A stretch of 58,153 nucleotides of DNA from Aquificaceae bacterium (GCA_039630345.1 JBCNVD010000035.1:1-58153), one strand, 5' to 3'; numbered from the stretch's first letter, positions 19,052 to 27,624 are shown. A program made the numbers and translations. The notes: generated by a model from the sequence alone, not told the origin.

Positions 19052-20233
19052 ATGCTCAAGAATTTGCTTAAAGAAGGGATAAACTCAAAAATACTCCTTA
19101 TAGTCCTTGACGGTCTTGGTGGGCTTTCAGTAAAAGATAATATGACGGAGCTGGAACTTTCAAAAACCCCTAATTTAGACGCTCTTACAAGGGTAAGTGC
19201 AACTGGCTGTCATATCCCCGTGGATTTTGGAATAACCCCAGGGAGCGGTCCTGGACATCTTGCGCTTTTTGGATATGATCCTCTTAAGCTAAATGTGGGA
19301 AGAGGGATTCTGGAAGCTCTTGGACTTGGACTTAAAGTAGGTCCAAACGATGTGGCTGTAAGGGGAAATTACGCCACCATTGATAGCTCTGGAAAAGTAG
19401 TAGATAGGCGCGCAGGCAGAATCAAAACAGAAGAAAACATAAAAATCACTAGCGAGCTTTTAAAAGCCCTGAAAGACTTTCCAGTTTCGATAAAATCAGG
19501 TAAAGAGCACAGGTTAGGTCTTGTTTTCCACTTTGATAAAGATGTTGAAGTCAGTGTTCAGGATACAGACCCACAAACAGAAGGCAGATTTCCAAAAGAG
19601 CCAGAGGGAAACGACGAGCTATCAAAAACAGTTAGAGAGTTTTTATCCATAGTAAAAAATGCACTAAAATATAACGATAGAGCCAACTACATCCTCCTTA
19701 GAGGATTTACAAAACCTCCAGATATTGAAAGCTTTAATAGCAAATACAATTTAAAGTCCTGTGCGGTTGCCTTATATCCAATGTATAAAGGCATTGCAAA
19801 GCTTGTTGGAATGGATGTATTGGAAGTAAGTGGAGATAGCTTTAAAAACCAGATAGAGACATTAAAATCAGCGTGGGAAAGTTATGATTTTTTCTTCCTT
19901 CATTATAAAAAAACAGACTCTGCGGGAGAAGATGGAAACTATCAGATTAAAATTTCAGCAATAGAGGAGTTTGACTCTTATTTACCGGAGATTTTAGAAC
20001 TTAATCCTGATGTTATTGCAATAACTGGAGACCATTCAACCCCATCTTTGATGAAATCCCACTCCTGGCATTTTGTGCCTGTTTTGATCCATTCAAGATT
20101 TGTCCTTGGAGGTATTTCCAAAAGGCTAACCGAAAGAGAATGCCTAAAAGGTGAACTTGGCATATTTCCGGCATATAAACTCATGAACTATCTACTTGCT
20201 CATTCTTTAAGACTTGAAAAGTTTGGAGCTTAA
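19052..20233 (+). CDS. apgM: 2,3-bisphosphoglycerate-independent phosphoglycerate mutase (archaeal ApgM type)
   Basis: LDGLG, TPNLD, PGSGPGHL.LFGYD, DRRAGRI, KKTDSAGEDG, ITGDHSTP. Confidence 0.9.
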   Translation: MLKNLLKEGINSKILLIVLDGLGGLSVKDNMTELELSKTPNLDALTRVSATGCHIPVDFGITPGSGPGHLALFGYDPLKLNVGRGILEALGLGLKVGPNDVAVRGNYATIDSSGKVVDRRAGRIKTEENIKITSELLKALKDFPVSIKSGKEHRLGLVFHFDKDVEVSVQDTDPQTEGRFPKEPEGNDELSKTVREFLSIVKNALKYNDRANYILLRGFTKPPDIESFNSKYNLKSCAVALYPMYKGIAKLVGMDVLEVSGDSFKNQIETLKSAWESYDFFFLHYKKTDSAGEDGNYQIKISAIEEFDSYLPEILELNPDVIAITGDHSTPSLMKSHSWHFVPVLIHSRFVLGGISKRLTERECLKGELGIFPAYKLMNYLLAHSLRLEKFGA

Positions 20234-20248
20234 TTATATTTTTAGCTT

Positions 20249-21301
20249 GTGCTTAGCAAGGTGCTAGAGTCAAAGCGAATATCGCAAGAAGAGGCACTTG
20301 ATTTATTTAATTTAGACCTATCTAAGCTTGGCTTTATGGCAAACAAAGTAAGACAGAGATTTCATCAAAATATAGTAACTTTCGTTATAGATAGAAATAT
20401 CAACTATACAAATGTCTGCGTAGCAGGTTGTAAGTTTTGCGCATTTCAGAGAAAGCCCGGCTCAAAAGATACTTACACCCTATCCAAAGAGGAAATTCTG
20501 GAAAAAGTAAGAGAGCTGGTAAATCTTGGCGGCACGACCCTTCTTATGCAGGGGGGATTAAGTCCATATTTGAGGTTGGATTACTATTTAAATATCCTTT
20601 CAGAAATAAAGAGCAAATTCCCTCAGGTTCAGATACACTCCTTTTCAGCTCCTGAAATTGTTTATCTTTCAAGACTAGAGAGAATGAGCATAAAAGAGCT
20701 CTTAAAGCATCTAAAGCAGGCGGGTCTTGATTCAATCCCCGGAGGAGGAGCTGAAATCCTTTCAAGCGAGATAAGACCTATCTTGAGCCCAGGTAAGTGC
20801 ACAAAAGAGCAATGGAGAGAAGTTCACATAAGCGCCCACGAGCTTGGTATGACTTCCACCGCCACCATGATGTTTGGACACATAGAGAAAGATCATCACA
20901 TAATTGAGCATCTTGAATTTATCCGCTCTATTCAGGACCAGACAGGTGGCTTTACCGCATTTATTCCTTGGACTTTTAAACCGGGAAACACAGAGCTTGA
21001 TGAAATTGGAGAAACCTCAAGCGTTAGATATTTAAAGGTTTTGGCAATCAGCAGGATTTATCTTGATAACTTTAAAAACATCCAGAGCTCTCATGTAACC
21101 CAGACGATGAGTATAGGCACCATTGGTCTTTACTTTGGTGCAAACGACATAGGTAGCATGATGATTGAGGAAAATGTAATATCCTCCACAGGGTTTAATG
21201 TAAAAATCCCAAAGCTAGATATGATGGTAAATGCAATAAAAGACGCAGGCTTTATCCCGGCTCAGAGAGATACTTACTATAACATCATCAAAACTTTTTA
21301 A
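20249..21301 (+). CDS. mqnC: cyclic dehypoxanthine futalosine synthase (radical SAM)
   Basis: DRNINYTNVC...CKFCAF, LMQGG, PGGGAEIL, ATMMFGH, FIPWTF, GAND.GS.MIEENV. Confidence 0.9.
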   Translation: MLSKVLESKRISQEEALDLFNLDLSKLGFMANKVRQRFHQNIVTFVIDRNINYTNVCVAGCKFCAFQRKPGSKDTYTLSKEEILEKVRELVNLGGTTLLMQGGLSPYLRLDYYLNILSEIKSKFPQVQIHSFSAPEIVYLSRLERMSIKELLKHLKQAGLDSIPGGGAEILSSEIRPILSPGKCTKEQWREVHISAHELGMTSTATMMFGHIEKDHHIIEHLEFIRSIQDQTGGFTAFIPWTFKPGNTELDEIGETSSVRYLKVLAISRIYLDNFKNIQSSHVTQTMSIGTIGLYFGANDIGSMMIEENVISSTGFNVKIPKLDMMVNAIKDAGFIPAQRDTYYNIIKTF

Positions 21302-21312
21302 AATAAACCTTC

Positions 21313-22308
21313 ATGGACTGGGAAAAGACACTTTATGAGATACACTTAAAAGCATTAGAGTATAAAGAGCTCTTGGATGAAGAAGCTCTTACTATCCTAA
21401 GTGCCCCTATAGAGCTCTTGCCATATTTGGTGCATCTTGCACAGAAAGTTAAGTTAGCCTTTCATAAACCCGGAGAATATGAATTTTGCTCTATAATCAA
21501 TGCAAAAAGCGGGGCATGTTCTGAAGATTGCGGATTCTGCGCTCAATCAAAGTTTTATAAAACTCCAATAAATGTCTATCCTTTAGTTCCGAAAGAAGAA
21601 CTCATAGAAGGGGCAGAAAGAGGCGTTGAATTTAGCGCAAACAGATACTGCATGGTCCTTAGCGGAAAGGCGGCAACTTATGAAGAGATTCTAAAGCTAT
21701 CAGAAGGGGCAAAGGAAATAAAACAAAAGGGTATTCCTATAAGGCTATGTGTATCCGCGGGAACCATCGGGGAAAAGGAGCTTGAGATTCTAAAAGTGTC
21801 AGGCGTTGAGAGGATAAATCACAACCTTGAGACCTCAGAGAGGTTTTTCCCGAACGTTGTTACCACTCACACATGGAGATCGAGATTCGAAACCATAAAG
21901 AGAATCAAAGAGGCTGGATTATCAACCTGTTGCGGGGGGATATTTGGAATGGGTGAAACCCCTGAGGATAGAGTAAGTCTTGCAAAAACCTACAGAGAGC
22001 TTGAGGTTGATTCAATACCTCTTAATTTCATCATGCCGATAAAGGGCACTCCAATGGAGAGAGCTCCGGGAATAAGCGCCACAGACGCAATAAAGGTTAT
22101 TGCGATGTTTAGATTCACCAACCCCAAAGCCCAGCTAAGACTATGTGGGGGAAGAGAGGCAACGCTTGGGGATTTTCACGCTATGGCGATGTTTATGGTC
22201 AATGCAATGATGGTAGGAGGATACCTAACAAGAGCAGGCAGGGACTTTAAAAAGGATATCAGATTAATAAACGAACTTAATGGAAATATATTAAGGGATT
22301 CTTATTAA
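21313..22308 (+). CDS. bioB: biotin synthase
   Basis: NAKSGACSEDCGFCAQS, NHNLETS, CCGGIFGMGE, SIPLN, GYLT. Confidence 0.96.
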   Translation: MDWEKTLYEIHLKALEYKELLDEEALTILSAPIELLPYLVHLAQKVKLAFHKPGEYEFCSIINAKSGACSEDCGFCAQSKFYKTPINVYPLVPKEELIEGAERGVEFSANRYCMVLSGKAATYEEILKLSEGAKEIKQKGIPIRLCVSAGTIGEKELEILKVSGVERINHNLETSERFFPNVVTTHTWRSRFETIKRIKEAGLSTCCGGIFGMGETPEDRVSLAKTYRELEVDSIPLNFIMPIKGTPMERAPGISATDAIKVIAMFRFTNPKAQLRLCGGREATLGDFHAMAMFMVNAMMVGGYLTRAGRDFKKDIRLINELNGNILRDSY

Positions 22309-22322
22309 GTTTATATATAGCA

Positions 22323-22466
22323 AATTGTCACGTGACAATTCATGAAACCCAGATTTATCAGGGGTTTCGTAAGCTCTGCCTTGATTAAATTGTCACATTT
22401 TTGTCACATATCAGTGGCTAAATCTTATCTAAAGTGTGACAAAACTGTGACAAAAGTGTGACAAAA
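22323..22466. repeat. array of 7 GTGACAA/TTGTCAC motifs; candidate oriC or other protein-binding platform
   Basis: Palindrome AATTGTCACGTGACAATT (22323-22340); TTGTCACA at 22390 and 22401; TGTGACAAAA at 22435, 22446, 22457. The repeats are certain; the function is inferred. Confidence 0.85.
22342..22370. other. imperfect inverted repeat (possible bioB terminator or nucleoid-protein site)
   Basis: ATGAAACCC-N11-GGGTTTCGT; contains TATCAG-N4-TT resembling an IHF-type site. Confidence 0.4.
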
Positions 22467-22471
22467 CTTCC

Positions 22472-22505
22472 GGGGGGTAGTGGGGGGCTTAGCCCCCCAC
22501 GCTTT
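22472..22505 (+). repeat. GTAG-hairpin dispersed repeat (REP-like), copy 2
   Basis: GGGGGGTAGTGGGGGG-CTTAG-CCCCCCACGCTTT; inverted homologue of 16750-16782. Confidence 0.75.
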
Positions 22506-22514
22506 TGGTATAAT
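22506..22514 (+). promoter_or_regulatory. extended -10 promoter for tRNA-Asn/minCDE
   Basis: TG-G-TATAAT ending 10 nt before the tRNA 5' end. Confidence 0.7.
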
Positions 22515-22524
22515 TTAAAAAATA

Positions 22525-22597
22525 TCCGGGGTAGCTCAACCGGCAGAGCAGGCGGCTGTTAACCGTCAGGTTGGGGGTTCGAGTCCCTCCCCCGGAG
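22525..22597 (+). tRNA. tRNA-Asn (GTT), CCA not encoded
   Basis: Cloverleaf: acceptor TCCGGGG/CCCCGGA, D stem GCTC/GAGC, anticodon arm GGCGG-CTGTTAA-CCGTC, T loop TTCGAGT, discriminator G. Confidence 0.97.
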
Positions 22598-22606
22598 CTT
22601 TGAGCA

Positions 22607-23158
22607 ATGATTGAGTTAAAGGGCGTTACTATTCCTGTAGTCCAGGTTAATGTAAAGTCGAGAGTATCTGTTGAGGAGCTGGTATCTTTTTTGCGTGAGA
22701 AGCTATCTGGTAAGCTCTTTGATGGTTTTCACATCCTTATAAAGTCAGACGGGCATTTATCCCAGGAGGAGCTGTCAAGAGTTTATAGCCAGATAAGTTT
22801 GCCTTCTGTTTTATCAAGAGAGGCAAAAGATAGTCAAAGACTTTTAATACTTCATCAGATTTTAAGAGCGGGCACAAAAATAGAGCATAACGGGGACATT
22901 TTGGTGCTTGGGGATGTAAACAAAGACGCACAGCTTATTGCAACGGGTAACATCATCGTAATTGGCAGGTTAAGGGGGGTTGCTTTTGCAGGTGCTCTTG
23001 GTGATGAGAGCTGTGTGGTGGTTTCTACTATTATGGAGCCTCAGCATATAAGAATAGGTAAAAAGATAGCTATTATGGATGATTTAGATAGAATGTCACC
23101 AGGATATCCTGAAATGGCAAGAGTTGAGGGTGATGGTATAATTTTAGAAAAGGTATGA
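22607..23158 (+). CDS. minC: septum site-determining protein MinC
   Basis: LRAG..IEH.GD..VLGDVN..A...A.GNI.V.G.LRG...AG; first gene of minCDE. Confidence 0.93.
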   Translation: MIELKGVTIPVVQVNVKSRVSVEELVSFLREKLSGKLFDGFHILIKSDGHLSQEELSRVYSQISLPSVLSREAKDSQRLLILHQILRAGTKIEHNGDILVLGDVNKDAQLIATGNIIVIGRLRGVAFAGALGDESCVVVSTIMEPQHIRIGKKIAIMDDLDRMSPGYPEMARVEGDGIILEKV

Positions 23159-23940
23159 CAAAAGTTATTGTTATAACCTCCGGAAAGGGGGGAGTTGGAA
23201 AAACAACCATAACTGCAAATCTCTCTGTCGAGCTTGCGCTAAGGGGTAAAAGGGTATTGTGTATAGATGCGGATATAGGTCTTAGAAATCTTGATATGAT
23301 CCTTGGTCTTGAAAACAGGATCGTTTACGATGTGCTTGATGTACTTGAATCAAGAGTTCCGCTCAGTAAAGCCCTGGTAAGGGACAAAAGAGGTCTTCAG
23401 CTTTGGCTTTTGCCAGCAAATCAGACCAAGAACAAGGACGCGGTTGACGAAAACTCCTGGAACCGCATGATAAGAGATGCGTCTGAAGATGGTTCTTTTG
23501 ACTACATTATGATAGACTGCCCTGCCGGTATAGAGCAGGGATTTAGGATAGCCGTTGGTCCTTCACAGCAGGCTCTTGTTGTTGTAAATCCTGAGGTTTC
23601 TTCTGTAAGGGACGCAGATAGAATTATTGGTCTTTTGGAAAATATGGGTAAAACCAAATACCAGCTAATTATCAATAGAATAAGATGGGATAGCGTTAAA
23701 AGGGGAGAGATGCTGTCAGTAAGCGATGTGGTTGATATTTTAAAAGCCCCCCTTATAGGAGTAGTTCCGGATGAACCAAAGCTGGTGGATTACACCAACA
23801 GAGGAGAGCCAATAGTTTTTTCAAAGTTACCAATATCAAGTGCTATTAAGGACATAGCAGCAAGGCTGGATGGTGAAGCACGCCAGATGATATTTCACGG
23901 CGATAGAAAGAGTATTTTTGACAAGCTATTAGGAAGGTGA
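23155..23940 (+). CDS. minD: septum site-determining ATPase MinD
   Basis: TSGKGGVGKTT, DIGLRNLD, PAGIEQG, SSVRDADR, C-terminal amphipathic SIFDKLLG. Confidence 0.97.
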   Translation: MTKVIVITSGKGGVGKTTITANLSVELALRGKRVLCIDADIGLRNLDMILGLENRIVYDVLDVLESRVPLSKALVRDKRGLQLWLLPANQTKNKDAVDENSWNRMIRDASEDGSFDYIMIDCPAGIEQGFRIAVGPSQQALVVVNPEVSSVRDADRIIGLLENMGKTKYQLIINRIRWDSVKRGEMLSVSDVVDILKAPLIGVVPDEPKLVDYTNRGEPIVFSKLPISSAIKDIAARLDGEARQMIFHGDRKSIFDKLLGR

Positions 23941-23946
23941 TTTGAT

Positions 23947-24177
23947 ATGCTTAGGTTTTTTTCAGGTAGAAGTAAGGAACAAGCTAAAAATAGGTTGATG
24001 CTGGTTTTGTCTTATGAAAGATTGGGTATTTCTCCTAACCTTCTATTTCAGTTGAAGCAAGATCTTGTAGGTGTTTTTCAAAAGTATCCTCAATTTGATT
24101 CGGTTAACATAGAGGTTGAGATAAAAAATCAGGATAGGACTTCAGAGCTCTGGATAAGTATTCCATTCAGGCAATAA
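23947..24177 (+). CDS. minE: cell division topological specificity factor MinE
   Basis: AKNRL.LVL..ER; position after minD. Confidence 0.9.
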   Translation: MLRFFSGRSKEQAKNRLMLVLSYERLGISPNLLFQLKQDLVGVFQKYPQFDSVNIEVEIKNQDRTSELWISIPFRQ

Positions 24178-24179
24178 AG

Positions 24180-25022
24180 TTATAGCATAGTTTTTATAAT
24201 GGAATTCTTCCTTAGCCTGTTTAGTATAGATTCTTTTCTCTCATTTACTTTTCTCTCTGTTATGATGAGTTTATAGTATTCGTCATTTTTGTCCTCTACC
24301 TCTACCCTTTGAGAAAGGATTTTTGCTACATATATATTTTCTTTGTCTTGAGAAAAGACTATGCTATTGATATCTGCTTTCCAGACCTCTTGGTCAAGCG
24401 ATGGTATGAGGTCTCCCTTTTTAACAGAGAGTTTTTCGAGATTTTCATTTAGGGCTTTTGAAAGCTCTTGCATAGAGATATCCGGTTTGAATATTTGCTT
24501 TAACCTCTGGGATTTTTCATTTGGCAAGATTATTAACTCTATTTCTCTTATTGTTACGCTTTGGCGGGATTTTAGTTTCTCTAGCTCTATTTCTTTATCA
24601 CTAACTGTAATTTCTTTTTGTATCAGGAAGTTAAATCCTTCTCTATTTAAAAGGTCTATTTCTATCAGTCTCATTAGTTGCTGGATTGAAAATCCAGAGC
24701 GATTGAGCTGTTTACTCAGTTCATCAACTGTTAGTTTATTGTTTCTTGCAACTATTTGTAGGGCTTCTTCTTTTGCCTGTTGAGGGGTTTGTAAACCTCT
24801 TGCAGTTAAAAACTGATATAGAAGCATTTCATCTATAAGGCGATTAAGTGCTACTTTTTCGTTATCAATTTGATAATAAAGCATTGCCAGCTTTAAATCA
24901 CTAAGAAGGATAGGTTCTGTGTTAACTGAGGCAACAACCCTGTCTACAAGGGTTTGTCCACTTGCTGTAATCGCCCAAAGTAAAACTCCACAGAGTATCT
25001 TGAATATGTTTCCTGGAACCAT
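24180..25022 (-). CDS. SurA N-terminal-domain periplasmic chaperone
   Basis: Signal-like N-terminus, VDRVVASVN.EPILLSD, L..LID..LL.Q; start uncertain. Confidence 0.75.
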   Translation of the reverse strand: MVPGNIFKILCGVLLWAITASGQTLVDRVVASVNTEPILLSDLKLAMLYYQIDNEKVALNRLIDEMLLYQFLTARGLQTPQQAKEEALQIVARNNKLTVDELSKQLNRSGFSIQQLMRLIEIDLLNREGFNFLIQKEITVSDKEIELEKLKSRQSVTIREIELIILPNEKSQRLKQIFKPDISMQELSKALNENLEKLSVKKGDLIPSLDQEVWKADINSIVFSQDKENIYVAKILSQRVEVEDKNDEYYKLIITERKVNERKESILNRLRKNSIIKTML

Positions 25023-25783
25023 TTTTTGAATACCTCCTGTCTTTTCTCTATTAGAAGTTTATCTCTTACTATGTTTTTAGCTTCTGAAAATGGTATTATA
25101 CCGCTTCCCCTTGTATCAATTACCTGAAGAATAAGGTATTCATCGCCTACTTTGATAGGTTTTGATATCTTTCGCCTTTCAAAGGGATATAGCTGCCTTT
25201 TAATCTGCTCTGGTAGAGTTTGTATTGAATACCAGAAAGCCCTGCCTTGATAATTTCTTAGTTTCTCTGATTGTCCCGTAGTTGAGAGAATAGATATAAT
25301 TTCGTTAGCGGATTCTAGGTCCGGGGCTTTGTAGTGCTTAACTAAAACCTGCGCTGGGGTTAGAAATTCCCGCATATTTACATAGTAGTATGCTTCTATT
25401 TCTTTTTCATCTATTTTAATTTCTTTGCTTATATGGTCTATCAGCTTTACAGATATGATTTCATATTCTAAAAGTTCCTTTATAGTTGGATTTAAGTCTT
25501 TATTTGACACTCTTTTTATTATGTATTCTGATATTTCTTGATTGCTTACAGTGATTCCAAGTTTTTTAGCTTCTTGTTTTATTATTTTTGCTCTTACCAT
25601 CTCCAGTAAAAAGTCTTGGATATCCCTTCTTGTTGCACTTGCGAGAGGTAGATGCAGAATGTCATTCCAGTAAGTATTGAATTTACTCCTTAGCTCAGCT
25701 GTTGTTATGGTGTCTTTATTTATTCGAACTACCACATCTGCCATGCATATTCCGGAAAAAACAAGCGCATAAAAGAGCTTCAT
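24944..25783 (-). CDS. SurA/PrsA-like parvulin-type chaperone (degenerate PPIase)
   Basis: Signal peptide, VV.IN...IT, I..YY......F, ISKPI.......I..V. Confidence 0.75.
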   Translation of the reverse strand: MKLFYALVFSGICMADVVVRINKDTITTAELRSKFNTYWNDILHLPLASATRRDIQDFLLEMVRAKIIKQEAKKLGITVSNQEISEYIIKRVSNKDLNPTIKELLEYEIISVKLIDHISKEIKIDEKEIEAYYYVNMREFLTPAQVLVKHYKAPDLESANEIISILSTTGQSEKLRNYQGRAFWYSIQTLPEQIKRQLYPFERRKISKPIKVGDEYLILQVIDTRGSGIIPFSEAKNIVRDKLLIEKRQEVFKKWFQETYSRYSVEFYFGRLQQVDKPL

Positions 25784-25802
25784 CAGAAGATATTATATTT
25801 CA

Positions 25803-26459
25803 GTGCTTAAAAGTACTTTGTTGGCGCTTAGGGAAATTGGCTTTGACGAGGTTTTTGTCTTTGATGTTTCACAAAAGCCAGATAGGTGCAGGGAAAACCT
25901 TCTTAGGTTAAGAGAGCTATACGACAGGATGTCAAAGGAAAGAAAGTGCGTCTTATATAGCCCATTGGAAGATTATGTCTTTGGTGAGGGTAATCCCTGT
26001 GCAAGTGTGGTTTTTGTAGGCGAAGCACCAGGTGAGGAAGAGGTCTTGCAAAAGCGACCTTTTGTTGGAAAAGCAGGTAAGTTACTGGATAAAACCTTGT
26101 CAGTAGCAGGTATAAAAAGAGAAGATGTATATATAACCAATGTAGTAAAATCCAGACCTCCCCAAAATAGAAAACCATCACAAAAGGAAATACAATCCTG
26201 CGTTGATTATCTTAGAAAAGAAATCTTAATAATAATGCCAAAATTAATTGTTTGTCTCGGTGCTACTGCAGTTGAAGGAATAATAGGCAGGCAAATGTCT
26301 GTTACTAAACTCAGCAAGAAGCTATTTGACTATCCACTTAAGTCAGGGATAAAAGTATTTGTAACTTATCATCCTGCGTATGTTTTGAGAAATCAAGGTG
26401 CAGAGGCAGACTTTATTAATGATATCAAGACTGTCGCTGAGCTTCTTTCAAACTTATAG
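25803..26459 (+). CDS. uracil-DNA glycosylase, family 4
   Basis: VGEAPG.EE.....PFVGKAG.LL, YITNVVK.RPP.NR.P, TYHPAY.LRN. Confidence 0.92.
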   Translation: MLKSTLLALREIGFDEVFVFDVSQKPDRCRENLLRLRELYDRMSKERKCVLYSPLEDYVFGEGNPCASVVFVGEAPGEEEVLQKRPFVGKAGKLLDKTLSVAGIKREDVYITNVVKSRPPQNRKPSQKEIQSCVDYLRKEILIIMPKLIVCLGATAVEGIIGRQMSVTKLSKKLFDYPLKSGIKVFVTYHPAYVLRNQGAEADFINDIKTVAELLSNL

Positions 26460-27624
26460 TTAAATATCCGTTTTCTATCCTTGCTCCATCTGGTTCAAGC
26501 TCTCTTACCCCCCTTGGGAGAAGGATAGTGCTTTTAAAATTGCCCCATCTAACCAAAAGCTCGTCGTCTGACTTTATGACAGATAATCCCTCTTTTGTTA
26601 TAAAGGGGACTTTTATTTTAATTAAAGTTTTATCGTTTTCCTTTAAAAACTCGTATGGTTTTCCGTCATATAAGATATCAATCGGGTTTATTTCCCTGAA
26701 TATAGCCTCTGAAAGGGCGTTTAATCTATCTTTTCCCACAACCTCGTCTGACATTAGAGGGACTTTAATAAGTGGCACTGGGGAGAAAAGACTTTCGACT
26801 TCACTTAAGTGCTTGCTTTGGGTCTTTATCCAACCTGATAGCTTTGGACAGTCTGAGAGTGTTTCTTCATAAACTCTATTTATAAAAACACAATCTACAT
26901 TCATTCCAAACATGCTAAAGTACATAAAAGCTCTTTGGGTTTCGCGAATCACCATCTTTTCTGGATTTGCAACAAGTCTGACAGAGGTAGTTTTAGTATC
27001 CAAAAGTACATTTTCTATACCCTCTATCTTTTTGTAAAAGGATTCTATTGCTCTAAAGTAGCTATCTTCAGGCACAGGTATGTCTGTAAGTCTTTTTACT
27101 ATGGGCCTTACTATGCCGGTTAAAGTCCTTTCTGTTTTAAAGACACTTTTCATATACCATCTTAAAATCCAAGGCATTGCTACAAACCTTAGAGATTCGC
27201 CTGTGGGTGGTAAATCAAGAACTATTGCATCATAAGATTTTTCCTGCATGTATTTTTTTACATATAAAAGACTGGTTACCTCTTCCATTCCGGGCAAAAC
27301 CGCAAGCTCTTCAGACAGGAAGGAGTTAAAGCCGGTTCTATTAAATAAAAGTTCAAGAAACTTATATACATCTCCCCAGTGGCGCTGGAGTTCTTCCTGA
27401 ATGTCTATTTCCTGAATGAAGAGATTTGGTAAGACCTCTTTTGGTAAACCTTTGGTCTTTAGTCTTTCGATTTCTTGCAAATCAAAAGCGTCTGAGACAC
27501 TATGGGCAGGGTCAAGGGATATAAGTATCACTCTATATCCAAGACTTGCCAGTCTTATAGCGCTTGCACATGCTATGGTGGTTTTTCCAACACCGCCTTT
27601 TCCTGAGTATAGAATCACCCTCAT
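26425..27624 (-). CDS. ArsA/GET3-family ATPase with C-terminal HSP20-like domain
   Basis: GKGGVGKTT, S.DPAHS..D, PGMEE, D.PPTG, NPEKMVI.E; ATGA overlap with the ubiD-family gene. Confidence 0.9.
   Translation of the reverse strand: MRVILYSGKGGVGKTTIACASAIRLASLGYRVILISLDPAHSVSDAFDLQEIERLKTKGLPKEVLPNLFIQEIDIQEELQRHWGDVYKFLELLFNRTGFNSFLSEELAVLPGMEEVTSLLYVKKYMQEKSYDAIVLDLPPTGESLRFVAMPWILRWYMKSVFKTERTLTGIVRPIVKRLTDIPVPEDSYFRAIESFYKKIEGIENVLLDTKTTSVRLVANPEKMVIRETQRAFMYFSMFGMNVDCVFINRVYEETLSDCPKLSGWIKTQSKHLSEVESLFSPVPLIKVPLMSDEVVGKDRLNALSEAIFREINPIDILYDGKPYEFLKENDKTLIKIKVPFITKEGLSVIKSDDELLVRWGNFKSTILLPRGVRELEPDGARIENGYLTISLKEAQRQS

Noticed and set aside
22405..22436. dif-like site in the spacer between the arrays (TTATCTAAAGT resembles a XerD arm)
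   Set aside because: No matching XerC arm ending in TAA at 6-bp spacing; the similarity is too weak.
22387..22466. Short tandem repeats as a CRISPR array
   Set aside because: Units are 11 bp with no unique spacers, and there are no cas genes.
22525..22606. tRNA-Asn as the integration site of a genomic island
   Set aside because: No duplicated tRNA 3' fragment was noticed, no integrase is present, and housekeeping minC follows 9 nt later.
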